NCBI GenBank assembly: GCA_030390025.1
Contig: JASTWF010000350.1
Location: 62,001 to 126,000, forward strand
Reading direction: 5' to 3'
Origin: Squalus acanthias
Taxonomy: Eukaryota
DNA length: 64,000 nucleotides
Positions within the stretch are counted from its first letter, which is position 1. Every line of letters starts with the position of its first letter. The notes under the pieces were generated by a model. It had not been told where the DNA came from and ran no database searches. It was given only the letters and a program-made list of their open reading frames with translations. Below are positions 34,495 through 48,056 of the stretch, piece after piece. Position numbers and translations under genes: made by a program.

Positions 34495-36290
34495 GGAGAG
34501 TTTTTTTCCCAAGGGATGGACGCAAATGGAAATGGGGCTGGAAGGTGGTAGGGGGTTGTGGGTGATACAATGAATTGCCCAATGATGATGGCCTTGTCCG
34601 TGATTGAGACCGTGGAAGTAGTGAGGCAGGAGAGATGGCAAAGTAGAGGGGGTGGCCGTGATGGGTGGGAGTGTTTAAGGGGCAACAGGAAGGCAGTAAA
34701 ATCAGAGGAGAAAAGATAAGGGGAGTTGAGATGGAGATTGAAATGACCGAGGATGAAGATTCACTGAGTGCAGAGGCTGAAGGAGGAAAACAAGGAGGAT
34801 GTGTTGTAGGTGGTGTGTGTCAGCTTCACCTCTGACTTATGAGCAGTTCGAATCGCTCCCACTCCCTTGGTTCTAGACCTTGCACTTATTTGGGGGTTGT
34901 GACAAAAAGTGCAGCAGACAACTGGTTTTGGTGCAAGAAACTTTGATCTTTATTCAAGAGAGAAAATATAACACAATAATCTTAACACTAATAAAATGGG
35001 GAACACTTCGATACACATGAAGGAAATTACAGTAGAAAAATACCTCACCCCTCCCAATCCCACTTTACTCGCTAAGTTGGGCTCTAGAGGACCAGGGATA
35101 ATGCTCACCAAAACGACTCCTTGACAGTTGAGCTGGTTCATGGTTTCGGGGTTCGCTGGGTGTGTTGGTTGGTGCCTGCCGTACCCCGGACGCGGTAAAG
35201 GACTTCAACTGCGTATCTGGTCAGTCTTCGCGAGTCCGCTGATGCGGTCGGGTGCGTATTGGATTTATCGGGTGAGTACCCACTTTTCTTCGGTTAGAGT
35301 TAGGGTTTAGAGTCTTTTGAGTAAAAATCTTACCCAGGGGTAAGTCAGGAATAGATTGCAGAGTGGAAAACTTGCAAGTCTTCGGTTTTCTCCCGAGTTG
35401 GTTTTCTTTGGTCGCGGTGGCCCAATATTACCCGGTTGGTTGGTGGTAATATTCGGTTGGTTGTTTCGTAAGGCCCTTGTTGCCGCGAGGTGTCTGATGG
35501 TCACTGGAACTGTTGCTCTGGTCTCTTCTTGTGTGTTGACCTGCTTCTAGAACGGTGAACTTCTTCGAACTCGATGAACTCCTGAGAGCTGCAGAGCTTG
35601 TAGAGAACTCGGTGAACTTCTGTGTAACTGCTGAACTGTTGAACCTTGAGAAAAGCAGGCCTCCAATTATACTAATTGGGGCCTCCTAATCTGCGCGCCA
35701 AATCAGTCCTGGTTTATTGTAAGATTTTGGCGGGCTCGTTAATAGTAACTTGTTTATGAATGTGTGAAGTGGTTTCGGGATGGTTCCATGAGCTGTTGAG
35801 CTCTTTCTTGATTGTAGTCATTGTGCTCAGGTTTCGAGTTTCCTGACTGGGCCTGAGATTTCTATGGAGTGGGGCTAGGTGATTTGTTTTATGCATGTTT
35901 TGGATGGGTCCTGTAATTTGGGTGGGGACTGCTCTTCCGTGGGTCTATTGTTAGAATGTAAATTGTCTGATAGGGGCTGAGTGACGTTAAACAGTTCCCC
36001 AGACAGTTTGATTAACTCCAATACTCAAACCGTCTATTACAGAGGTTGATCCCAACTCTTGTTGCAGCTTTTTCCTTTCAAGCCCAAACATGCCTTTTTA
36101 AAATACCAAATCTTGGTTTTTGACCTTGAATCTCCCTCTGTTAGGCCCAATACATTTTATCACCCTGAAGTGGTTAGAAAAGAGTCCAAAGTCCTTTTCT
36201 TTAGGGTTTTTCTCCGAGTTTTGGGGGATCTGTGAATTTTGAGAATCTTACAGTTTGGGTGAGAAACCTGGGGTGGTCGGTGTTGGACTG
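34495..36290 (-). mobile_element. Old L2-like endonuclease fragment, split by the solo LTR
   Basis: Minus-strand remnants HRPP..FLTQTSSLFSSFSLCT..IFILGHFNLHLNS..SSDFTAFL and STVSITDKAI; frame is restored across the LTR after removing one 4-bp flank. Confidence 0.55.
34805..36252 (-). mobile_element. Solo LTR (1448 bp) related to the provirus LTRs
   Basis: TG..CA; shares the terminal ~130 bp (ttcgaatcgctccc, cttattt.ggggttgtga), CAGGGATAATGCTCACCA and the GGGGATCTG..AATTTTGA.AATCTTACA end; flanks GTGT/GTTT. Confidence 0.82.
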
Positions 36291-36462
36291 TTTTCTTGTT
36301 CTTTTTCATCGCATTACTTTAAACACCTGATTATGCACATGCTCAGTGTGGCAATGCAGGATCAGGACTTTATTGAAACCTCATATTAACCACAACCAGT
36401 ATGGGCTCTGGTGAGACATCGCACTACACCATTCCAGTATAGGCTCTGTGAGACATCACAGT

Positions 36463-39400
36463 ACACCATTCCAGTCTGAGAGCTCAGGTCTTTCCACACT
36501 ACACCATTCCAGTCTGAGAGCTCAGGTCTTTCCACACTACACCATTCCAGTCTGAGAGCTCAGGTCTTTCCATATTACACCATTCCAGTCTGAGAGCTCA
36601 GGTCTTTCCACACTACACCATTCCAGTCTGAGAGCTCAGGTCTTTCCATATTACACCATTCCAGTCTGAGAGCTCAGGTCTTTCCACACTACACCATTCC
36701 AGTCTGAGAGCTCAGGTCTTTCCATATTACACCATTCCAGTCTGAGAGCTCAGGTCTTTCCATATTACACCATTCCAGTCTGAGAGCTCAGGTCTTTCCA
36801 TATTACACCATTCCAGTCTGAGAGCTCAGGTCTTTCGATATTACACCATTCCAGTCTGAGAGCTCAGGTCTTTCCATATTACACCATTCCAGTCTGAGAG
36901 CTCAGGTCTTTCCATTCTACACCATTCCAGTCTGAGAGCTCAGGTCTTTCCATTCTACACCATTCCAGTCTGAGAGCTCAGGTCTCTCCACACTACACCA
37001 TTCCAGTCTGAGAGCTCAGGTCTTTCCACACTGCACCATTCCAGTCTGAGAGCTCAGGTCTTTCCACACTACACCATTCCAGTCTGAGAGCTCAGGTCTT
37101 TCCATTCTACACCATTCCAGTCTGAGAGCTCAGGTCTCTCCACACTACACCATTCCAGTCTGAGAGCTCAGGTCTCTCCATACTACACCATTCCAGTCTG
37201 AGAGCTCAGGTCTTTCCATTCTACACCATTCCAGTCTGAGAGCTCAGGTCTTTCCATATTACACCATTCCAGTCTGAGAGCTCAGGTCTTTCCATTCTAC
37301 ACCATTCCAGTCTGAGAGCTCAGGTCTTTCCATATTACACCATTCCAGTCTGAGAGCTCAGGTCTTTCCATTCTGCACCATTCCAGTCTGAGAGCTCAGG
37401 TCTTTCCATATTACACCATTCCAGTCTGAGAGCTCAGGTCTTTCCATTCTACACCATTCCAGTCTGAGAGCTCAGGTCTTTCCATATTACACCATTCCAG
37501 TCTGAGAGCTCAGGTCTTTCCACACTACACCATTCCAGTCTGAGAGCTCAGGTCTTTCCACACTACACCATTCCAGTCTGAGAGCTCAGGTCTTTCCATA
37601 TTACACCATTCCAGTCTGAGAGCTCAGGTCTTTCCACACTACACCATTCCAGTCTGAGAGCTCAGGTCTTTCCATATTACACCATTCCAGTCTGAGAGCT
37701 CAGGTCTTTCCACACTACACCATTCCAGTCTGAGAGCTCAGGTCTTTCCATATTACACCATTCCAGTCTGAGAGCTCAGGTCTTTCCATATTACACCATT
37801 CCAGTCTGAGAGCTCAGGTCTTTCCATATTACACCATTCCAGTCTGAGAGCTCAGGTCTTTCGATATTACACCATTCCAGTCTGAGAGCTCAGGTCTTTC
37901 CATATTACACCATTCCAGTCTGAGAGCTCAGGTCTCTCCACACTACACCATTCCAGTCTGAGAGCTCAGGTCTTTCCATATTACACCATTCCAGTCTGAG
38001 AGCTCAGGTCTTTCCATTCTACACCATTCCAGTCTGAGAGCTCAGATCTTTCCATTCTACACCATTCCAGTCTGAGAGCTCAGGTCTCTCCACACTACAC
38101 CATTCCAGTCTGAGAGCTCAGGTCTTTCCACACTGCACCATTCCAGTCTGAGAGCTCAGGTCTTTCCATATTACACCATTCCAGTCTGAGAGCTCAGGTC
38201 TTTCCATTCTACACCATTCCAGTCTGAGAGCTCAGGTCTTTCCATATTACACCATTCCAGTCTGAGAGCTCAGGTCTTTCCATTCTGCACCATTCCAGTC
38301 TGAGAGCTCAGGTCTTTCCATATTACACCATTCCAGTCTGAGAGCTCAGGTCTTTCCATTCTACACCATTCCAGTCTGAGAGCTCAGGTCTTTCCATATT
38401 ACACCATTCCAGTCTGAGAGCTCAGGTCTTTCCACACTACACCATTCCAGTATGAGTGCTCAGGTCTTTCCATATTACACCATTCCAGTCTGAGAGCTCA
38501 GGTCTTTCCATTTTACACCATTCCAGTCTGAGAGCTCAGGTCTTTCCATATTACACCATTCCAGTCTGAGAGCTCAGGTCTTTCCATATTACACCATTCC
38601 AGTCTGAGAGCTCAGGTCTTTCCATATTACACCATTCCAGTCTGAGAGCTCAGGTCTCTCCACACTACACCATTCCAGTCTGAGAGCTCAGGTCTTTCCA
38701 TATTACACCATTCCAGTCTGAGAGCTCAGGTCTTTCGATATTACACCATTCCAGTCTGAGAGCTCAGGTCTTTCCATATTACACCATTCCAGTCTGAGAG
38801 CTCAGGTCTCTCCACACTACACCATTCCAGTCTGAGAGCTCAGGTCTTTCCATATTACACCATTCCAGTCTGAGAGCTCAGGTCTCTCCACACTACACCA
38901 TTCCAGTCTGAGAGCTCAGGTCTTTCCACACTGCACCATTCCAGTCTGAGAGCTCAGGTCTTTCCACACTACACCATTCCAGTCTGAGAGCTCAGGTCTT
39001 TCCATTCTACACCATTCCAGTCTGAGAGCTCAGGTCTCTCCACACTACACCATTCCAGTCTGAGAGCTCAGGTCTCTCCATACTACACCATTCCAGTCTG
39101 AGAGCTCAGGTCTTTCCATTCTACACCATTCCAGTCTGAGAGCTCAGGTCTTTCCATATTACACCATTCCAGTCTGAGAGCTCAGGTCTTTCCATTCTAC
39201 ACCATTCCAGTCTGAGAGCTCAGGTCTTTCCATATTACACCATTCCAGTCTGAGAGCTCAGGTCTTTCCATTCTGCACCATTCCAGTCTGAGAGCTCAGG
39301 TCTTTCCATTCTACACCATTCCAGTCTGAGAGCTCAGGTCTTTCCATATTACACCATTCCAGTCTGAGAGCTCAGGTCTTTCCATTTTACACCATTCCAG

Positions 39401-40698
39401 TCTGAGAGCTCAGGTCTTTCCATATTACACCATTCCAGTCTGAGAGCTCAGGTCTTTCCACACTACACCATTCCAGTCTGAGAGCTCAGGTCTTTCCATA
39501 TTACACCATTCCAGCCTGAGAGCTCAGGTCTTTCCATTCTACACCATTCCAGTCTGAGAGCTCAGGTCTCTCCACACTACACCATTCCAATCTGAGAGCT
39601 CAGGTCTCTCCACACTACACCATTTCAGTCTGAGAGCTCAGGTCTCTCCACACTACACCATTCCAGTCTGAGAGCTCAGGTCTTTCCATTCTACACCATT
39701 CCAGTCTGAGAGCTCAGGTCTTTCCATATTACACCATTCCAGTCTGAGAGCTCAGGTCTTTCCATATTACACCATTCCAGTCTGAGAGCTCAGGTCTTTC
39801 CATATTACACCATTCCAGTCTGAGAGCTCAGGTCTCTCCACACTACACCATTCCAGTCTGAGAGCTCAGGTCTTTCCATATTACACCATTCCAGTCTGAG
39901 AGCTCAGGTCTCTCCACACTACACCATTCCAGTCTGAGAGCTCAGGTCTTTCCATATTACACCAATCCAGTTGAGAGCTCAGGTCTTTCCATTCTACACC
40001 ATTCCAGTCTGAGAGCTCAGGTCTTTCCATATTACACCATTCCAGTCTGAGAGCTCAGGTCTTTCCATTCTACACCATTCCAGTCTGAGAGCTCAGGTCT
40101 TTCCACATTACACCATTCCAGTCTGAGAGCTCAGGTCTCTCCACACTACACCATTCCAGTCTGAGAGCTCAGGTCTTTCCATATTACACCATTCCAGTCT
40201 GAGAGCTCAGGTCTCTCCACACTACACCATTCCAGTCTGAGAGCTCAGGTCTTTCCATATTACACCAATCCAGTTGAGAGCTCAGGTCTTTCCATTCTAC
40301 ACCATTCCAGTCTGAGAGCTCAGGTCTTTCCATATTACACCATTCCAGTCTGAGAGCTCAGGTCTCTCCACACTACACCATTCCAGTCTGAGAGCTCAGG
40401 TCTTTCCATATTACACTATTCCAGTCTGAGAGCTCAGGTCTTTCCATATTACACCATTTCAGTCTGAGAGCTCAGGTCTCTCCACACTACACCATTCCAG
40501 TCTGAGAGCTCAGGTCTTTCCATATTACACCATTCCAGTCTGAGAGCTCAGGTCTCTCCACACTACACCATTCCAGTCTGAGAGCTCAGGTCTCTCCACA
40601 CTACACCATTCCAGTCTGAGAGCTCAGGTCTCTCCACACTACACCATTCCAGTCTGAGAGCTCAGGTCTCTCCACACTACACCATTCCAGTCTGAGAG
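36463..40698. repeat. 38-bp minisatellite, ~111 units, ACACCATTCCAGTCTGAGAGCTCAGGTCT(T/C)TCCA(CACT/TATT/TTCT)
   Basis: Direct periodicity; degenerate monomers at both edges (36395-36462, 40699-40745). Confidence 0.98.
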
Positions 40699-40799
40699 CG
40701 AGCTGCTGAGATATCAGACTATCCACGATTCCAGTGTGAGCTGCTAAACAATGTTCCTTCACATTTCTTATACCATTCTTTACCTTTGATCACTACATT

Positions 40800-42450
40800 C
40801 CATGCATTCTACCAATAAATCATAGTACATCAAAGATACATAGAAATGCCAACAGAATAACATCATAAACCCGAGAAACATGCACTTCCATAAACACAAG
40901 CGACCTGGTAGCTGTCATAAACAGCCCATTCATTTTATTACCATAAACACAAGTGACCTGATCTCCAACCTGATAGGCACGCAGGCCAGCCCTCTGCTCT
41001 GTGGAGATACATTTGCTTTAAAATCCCCTTACACAATTTACAACCCATACTCAGCAGAAAGCTGTATTAACTTTTAACTCATCGTGTGCTGGTCTCACAG
41101 ACTGCGCAGAAAGAATAGCGAGGTACCCAGGTAGTGTGAACCCTCGTTCCCACACTCCCACCGATTCTTCTCTCTGTCCTTACTGCCAGATGTTATCTGA
41201 GTAATGCTACAATGTACCATAATATCAAGCAATCATGGACTTTAAAGATTCTCCTGCTCTCCTTCCATTATACATCTTGTGGATATTCTTGCTAAGTAAT
41301 ATTTCCCACAAGCTTTCAGTTATTCCAATTTCATTGTTAACTCAAGAGAATTCAACCCTGAATTTTGGAAATCCAAATCCTATGTCCCTCTTTACTTTTA
41401 ATTCCAATGCCCCTGATAGGTACCAGTGTGTTTAACTCTATATTGTTTCATTAAAAGTCAGTTTCACTATGGAGTATGAGTCAGTGCCTTGATTAAATGT
41501 TGTCTCACTCCCCTGAGCCACATTAACCATTTAATGTTATGCTGTTGTCAAATAACTGAGCATGTCTGAGACCCGCTCTTCGGTGCATCTTCACCATGTA
41601 TTTCTGCATGCTAGTTGCCTCATGTGCAACATGTCACATTTGCACATACACTGGTATCCCAATATCATACCACACTTGAAATCAGATACAAATGATTCCT
41701 GGGCTTTTAAGCTATCTCATTAAAAGATCGGAGGTCTTTTCTCACCTCTCCCTGCATGGTCCCAATGTCTAGGGTAGTGGCCAGGCTATCAAATACATGT
41801 TCCTCATTGTTCAATATAGGCAATGACACAAACATCTCCAAGAGAAACCTATCAATTAATAATTCTCACCTACAGTTTCCGGACTTTCAATAGAATGTAC
41901 ATCGATACCAAATTGAAATCTTTTCAGGTATCATGCTCATCTGATTTATGCTACTCAGGGATGCATCACACATCTTTTCCTAACCCCTGTTTGGGGTCCT
42001 GAAATTCACCCATAATCACCTAGGAAAATGAGTTTAGAAAAAAATTCCCATTATATTACCATTTCATCTCATTCATGAGCCCTGGAGAAACTTTACCATC
42101 CAATACACTATGATCATTACCATTTAATGTCTTATTGGACCTTCTATTCCTCAAAATATTGTATTTCCAGAGAGCAATACAGTCTGCAAGATGAGGGATG
42201 TTAGTTACCTTTAACGCAACAGTCTCCCCCAAAACTTCTTTCTTAACACACAGTTTGGACAGAACCACATTGACTGGACCTTTTCGAAAATAAAATTTGA
42301 TTATCCCCTTAAGCTTCAGATAAATTTCCCTTCCCAAGCTCTTGAACAGCAACTCATACCAATTCACCTAATCAATTCTAATTTCACAAACAAATTATAC
42401 CCAGGCTTGGTGGTTTTACAAAGGAGACAAAAGTAGTTTTAATTGCATTT
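40800..42450 (-). mobile_element. Possible heavily decayed LTR-retrotransposon pol remnant
   Basis: Only faint integrase-like fragments by eye (YVQ..V., VKHTGTYQ, KMNGLF); many stops. Confidence 0.25.
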
Positions 42451-42609
42451 GGATGTAAGTCTTTTATCTCCCCCCTTGAGCAATGTGTCTTGGAATGTTA
42501 AATCCAAGCATTGGAAAGGCAAAGGCGTAGCAATTTGTGGCTACCACGAAAGTTGCCAGTGTCTTGGGTTAACAGCTGCTGAAAATGGTCGCGGTGGTAG
42601 GAGAGAAAT

Positions 42610-44725
42610 ATTCACGCTGGAGTCTAAAGATTTTTAGCCCAGCACTTACTCACTATGTAGCGCCCTCCTGGTGGCATTAATGCAGGCATCGGCAGCAAAG
42701 TTGCCATCCAGAAGCGGCGTTCCATCTTCCAACAGCCTCTGGAAGCGAGGCAATGAGCTCGCTAGGCTTTGTGGGACATTAAAAGGGCAATGCATTAAAA
42801 GGGCCTTCTGAACTGATAAAAATTAAAATGAAGTAAAAAAATGCAGTTTTCAGCCCTTACCGCCTTAAAAAAAATGTACATTAAAAAGTCCCAAATGGGA
42901 GCCTTCAGCTCTTAAAGCCGAATTCCCTTTTGCACCTCAAAAAATGGAAAAAGTGCTTCAGCACAAACACAAATGGCTTAGGAAGCCAGGGAAGGGGCAC
43001 CCAGGGTTTCGCACGCAGCACTCCAGCTTTGCGCAGGCGGTCAACACTGCAAGAGAGGTCCTCTACCCACAGGGGCCAGGAGGCTCTCCAGAAAGAACGA
43101 TGTGGGACCACATCACCGAGGCCATCACTGATGGCAATGTTGCCCCCTGGCTCCAGTGCCCAAAGAAGCTTCATGATCTCAGACCAGTGGTCAAGGTCAG
43201 TGAATGCATCTTCAAAAGCTGTCTCCTACCAACTGAATCACTAGCCTCACACACTTCTCAGTGCATGACTCCCCCGCAAACCACTCACTTACCAACAATC
43301 TGTACCAATCACGAGGCACACCTCCCATTCCTATCTTCACCTCACCCCCTTGGAGGAGACGGTGCAGGCCATTCTTGGCAGGGGCATGGCTGAGCCCTTG
43401 ACCAGTGGCGGGGCTGAAAGGATACAATATGCTGGTATCCTTGTACGTTATCCTCCTTCTGGCATGCACCTCTTGCTTTCTCACCCTCCCTTCACCACAA
43501 CTCTACCCTTGTGCCTTCCTCATTTCACACACCCAAGAAATGCAGCCTGCCCAGCCAGTGGTTGACCAAGAAGAGGGAGAGGAGAGTGAAGAAGAAGAAG
43601 AAGAAACACCTGTCACTCGATTTCACACTCCCAGCCACCAGCTCCTCAAGGTCGACCAGCAAGGCCATTTGCAGTGTCCCCCACTGAAAGTCAGCAGCCT
43701 TCCACCAGCCATGCTGCAGCCACTGGGGTAGCACTGCGTGACATCAGTAGGATAGGCAAAGGCACACACAAGACAGTCACTAAGGGAGTGGTTAAGGGTG
43801 ATGAGTTGATTTCTCAATGTCATATTGGATGGATAGATGTATAAAGTTGGATTGGAAAGTTTGCTTTGTGGTGGCTTTTATTTCAGCATTGTGGCCAAGA
43901 GGACGCTGTGATGGTCAATAAGATAGGGAAGGTAAGGTGTGGGACAAATCTTGAAAGGGGAATTGAGGTTGTGTTCACTGGTACTGCAGGCAGATGATTC
44001 CATCCCTGATATCCCGGCCAGAAAAGGGCTGCCTGAGTTGCCTTCTTCCTTCTGCTTCCTCCTCTTCTGCTTCTTCCTCTTCTGCATCTTCCTCTTCTGT
44101 GTCTTCCTCTTCCCTCCGCGAGCAGATGCTGTAAATCTGAAATGACAGCATAAAATGCTGGAAATTCTCAGCAGGTCAGGCAGCATCTTGAGGTTAACTC
44201 TGTTTCTCTCTCCACGGATGTTGCCTGACCTGCTGAGAGTTTGCAGCAGTTTCTCTCTTCTCAGAGGCCTTCCTTCACCATCTGAGGCCTTGCAAGTGTC
44301 CAGCAGCACTCCCTACACATTTAAAAGACTAACATGTATTGCAGCAAGCAACTACTTCAATAAAATAAAAAATCCAGTCCAAAAGCTGAAATGTAAACTT
44401 ACCTGAAAGATGTGTGTGTCCCTTTAAGAGATGCTGACAGCGCCGTTGTGAGTCTGTTGAACGCTGGGTTTTCATGGCGAGCTTAGGACCCAGCGCGTAA
44501 CTTAGCGCTAAGGTCTAAGTACGTCGAGGTGACATAAGTTGGCATTGCATGCCGACTGATGTTACCTCTCCTTAATATAAATTTGCAGGGCCATCGGTCT
44601 TACTGGCATCACTGCCAGGCCTCGGTGAATGGTGGACGCTGTGGGACCCGCCACCAGCTGGTGAGAGAGCAGCTCTCTACATTTTGATGGTAATGAGTGG
44701 CGTAAAGCCCCCGAATTTTTAGCCC
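42610..44725. mobile_element. Decayed Harbinger element (Myb-like remnant on +, transposase acidic-tail remnant on -)
   Basis: 42972-43195 parallels 27281-27520 (EARE.APR..AVNTAREVLYPQG..WLQCPKKLHDL..VVK|gtcagt); end motif GAATTTTTAGCCC at 44713-44725. Confidence 0.65.
44120..44252. repeat. Inverted pair of Penelope-associated terminal repeat fragments
   Basis: aaatgctggaaattctcagcaggtcaggcagcatc followed ~30 bp later by its approximate reverse complement gatgttgcctgacctgctgagagtttgcagcagttt. Confidence 0.7.
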
Positions 44726-44800
44726 AAATTCTCAGTCCAGTTTTTTGTCACCACACTGTGACAATTGAAATCCATCAATGTCTGAAGATAAGAAGTTAAA

Positions 44801-45872
44801 GGGGGGAAAAATTCGGTTGCTTTGCGCCTCCCGTTAGCGCCCTAAGAGGGTGTTAATGGGGCGCAAAGCAACTAGCGCCCGGGCGCGGCGATGTTTGCGC
44901 CGCTCGTGAAATTGACCAGACATTTTGCGGTGGCGCTAAACACTACCGCCACGATCTCCTGCGCCCGCAGATCGTGACGCCAGTCGAGCTTGCAACGCCC
45001 CGGTAGCGCCCCGGACCGGATATTGAGTGGCGCCCCCTGCCTTACCGCCTGCCATTAGCAACGACAGGTTGAGGGGAGCGTTTTGCAGTCGGGAAGGGAC
45101 TGGGGGAGTGCTATTTAAAGGCGACTGCCTCCTGCCTTTTGTTGTCGGTGACATTTTTGCACCACGCATTCTGAGAGAGAGAGAGAGAGACTTCTGGAGC
45201 GATTCAACGCTGTGTGAAGGAGTTTTGTGTACTGAACAGCACTTTGCAGGTTCATTTTGATTTGACCTTCCTTGCATCGATTTAGAAGAGACTATGGGGC
45301 CTGCACTCTGAGCTCTTTCCCTGGGCCTCTCCATTGTTCTTTCCAGCAGATTTGATGTACAGGTCTCTCCAGGCCAAGATTTAAGGCTGCAATGAGCAGC
45401 ATGTGGATGGAGAGCAAGATCGACCCTCCCCTTTAAGAACTGGCCAGTGTGTCTGTGTTCCATTGCTGACTGACATCACATGAGCTTCGCCAGCACTTTG
45501 AGGTAGCGCCTCGCTCCTCGGCGTTAGCGCCTTAAGAGAGGCGTGTAGCGCCTGATTTAGCGCTCCAATCACCTCCAGGGGTGATAGAAGCCAAGTTTGC
45601 AGTCGGAGGCGATAATTAGCGCCAGGCGCTAAACTTTGCGCCCGGCCGATAATTGCACCCCAAGTGGGGCGATACCGAATTTCTCCCCCAAAGTCTGCAA
45701 AGAACCACTCTTGGTAATCTTGCACCATCAACACAAATATGGTCCTCTGCTTAAAAGAAAAAAACAGATATTCCATTGTGGCGGCGCTGCGCCCGGGCGT
45801 TAGCTGCTTTACGCCCCATTAGCGCCCTCTTAAGGCGCTAACGGAAGGCGCAAGCAGCTGAATTTTTCCCCC
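44801..45872. mobile_element. CpG-rich non-autonomous DNA transposon with ~90-bp inverted termini and an extra internal end
   Basis: 44801-44890 is an inverted match to 45785-45872; additional end motif ACCGAATTTCTCCCCC at 45674-45689. Confidence 0.7.
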
Positions 45873-46252
45873 TTTGTGCCTTTAAAAGTTGCAAAGGTCC
45901 TGATTGTCTTCCGATTGTTCTCATACACATAACAGGAGCATTCCCCTTTTTTCCCATGGTCACACATTCCAGTACCATTAAGATGAATAAACAATCACCT
46001 CAAAGCATTGACTACTTGGAATTGGTCAGAAATATTTTTTAAAATGCCAATTATTGATGTGAATGACTCATGTCCGGAACTAGAGGCTTTCACACAATTT
46101 ACACCATGGCCATAATAAAAGTCTGGTTTTCACAATAATAGGTAAGTTAACCTCAATAACTTCAATTTAATTCAGACCAATATCACAAAATAACCAGTAC
46201 CACTTGGAAAAGAGGGAAGAGCCACAGCCACAGTAACATTCACACATCCTTT

Positions 46253-47003
46253 GGCCCAGAAATTCGGCTCCCTGGCTTCCCGCGGGTGCAAGGATCGCGC
46301 GCGCACCTACCTACCACGCCTGCCGTTGAGCTTTGGGCCCACGGGGACTTCAGCTCCTGGGCCTCCTGCAGCTGCCGGCGCGCAGTGCTTGTGTATCCCA
46401 GGGGCGTAGTTAGTGCGATGCTGGGATCACGTGGGCCATGGAGAGCCAATGGCAGCAGACCATCTTTCATTCATAGATTTGACAGGAAGACCTGTCAAAT
46501 CTATGAATTGAAATCGGCCCCAAAACACCTAAACCTCAAATAAGTTTAAAAAAAACATCACATTTTAAAAATAACTATAAGTTAAATAAATAAATTTAAA
46601 CAAAAATTTTAATTTTTGAAAAAAAATAAAATACTTTTTAACAGTGCTAAAAATAAACTTACCTTTCTTTAAAGTATCTAAAAAAGATAAACCTGTTGAA
46701 AATTTTTTAAATTGTAATTAATGAACCACTTACCTTGTTAAAAACGGGTCTTGCGCCTCCTTTTTAAAAGCACAGCTTCTTCCATACTTACCTTCCCAGA
46801 GAAACCTGAAAAAAAACCTAAGTTCGCTGCGTGCGCGCAGCCTCTCCCGCGCACGTGGTTCACCTCTCAACCCCTCCCTTCACGAGACCGGAAGTTCCGG
46901 TTTCCCGCGCATGTGCAGTGCATGCAGGAAACCGGCACTTCAGGAGGCCTTACGGGTGAGTACACAGCGCGTACTCACCCGACAAGAGCCGAATTTTTGG
47001 CCC
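46253..47003 (-). mobile_element. Divergent relative of the 22076/58648 MITE, inverted
   Basis: TIR GGCCCAGAAATTCGGCTC / GAGCCGAATTTTTGGCCC; same order of GC-rich arm, AT-rich core, CCAAT and CACGTG. Confidence 0.8.
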
Positions 47004-47304
47004 AATAACATTCACACTGAAAACAAAAGAACGGTGCCAATTGCGCTGCACATGTAATGTGTGAGTCTCGTGTTAGCTGCTGGTGGAACGGCCGGCTCTG
47101 CAAAGGTAGCTTCCCACCACAAGAGGGCACTGTGGTTTCATCCTGCCGAGCGATATATTCTGGGAATCCTGGCTTCCTGGAATCGCATCAGTGACCTGCA
47201 GCATTCCAGTTTTCTTCCTTCCATGGAACGTATATTTACTACTTCCCTGGAGCCTGGAACCTTCAGAGCTTTACCATTGTGCTGCAGAGCATTGCATGAA
47301 ATTA

Positions 47305-47525
47305 CACAGTATTTACAGCACAGAAACAGGCCATTCGGCCCAACAGGTCCATGCTGGTGTTTATGCTCCACACGAGCCTCCTCCCACCCCTCTTCATGTA
47401 ACTCTCCTTCTATTTCTTTCTCCCATGCGTGCTTATCTAGCTTCCCCTTAAACACAGCTATTCTATTCATCTCAGCTACTCCATGTGGTAGCGAGTTCCC
47501 CACTCTAACCGCTCTCTGGGTAAAA
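47305..47525 (-). mobile_element. CR1 3' fragment
   Basis: FTQRAVRVGNSLP..VAE....FKGKLDK in ORF 47138-47551 plus 3' UTR. Confidence 0.7.
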
Positions 47526-48052
47526 GAGGGTGTCGCTGGCAAGGCCAGCATTTATTGCCCATCCCTAATTACCCTTGAGAAGGTGGTGGTGAGCCGCCTT
47601 CTTGAACCACTGCAGTCCATGTGGTGATGGTACTCCCACAGTGCTGTTAGGGAGGGGGTTCCAGGATTTTGACCCAGTAACAATGAAGGAAAAGTCAGGA
47701 TGGTGTGTGACTTGGAGGGGAACTTGGATGTGGTGGTGTTCCCATGTGTCTGCTGCCCTTGTCCTTCTAGGTGGAAGAGGTCGCGGGTTTGGGAGGTGCT
47801 GCCGAAGAAGCCTTGGTGAGTTGCTGCAGTGCATCTTGTAGATGGTACACACTGCAGCCACGGTACGCTGGTGGTGGAGGGAGTGAATGTTTAAGGTGGT
47901 GGATGGGGTGCCAATCAAGCGGGCTGCTTTGTCCTGGATGGTGTTGAGCTTCTTGAGTGTTGTTGGAGCTGCACTCATCCAGGCAAGTGGAGAGTATTCC
48001 ATCACACTCCTTACTTGTGCCTTGTAGATGGTGGGAAGGCTTTGGGCAGTCA
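47526..48052 (-). mobile_element. CR1/Zenon-like LINE 3' fragment
   Basis: MEYSPLAWMSAAPTTLKKL...RTVAAVCTIYKMHCSNSPRLL, as in 2848-3462. Confidence 0.85.
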
Positions 48053-48056
48053 GGAG

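Noticed and set aside
36463..40698. CRISPR-like array (38-bp repeat with dyad)
   Set aside because: No unique spacers, only a few recurring 4-5 nt variants; no cas genes; eukaryotic context
36463..40698. Tandem hammerhead in the 38-bp unit (CTGAGAG on +, GAAA on -)
   Set aside because: No CUGANGA core and GAAA on the same strand in the required order
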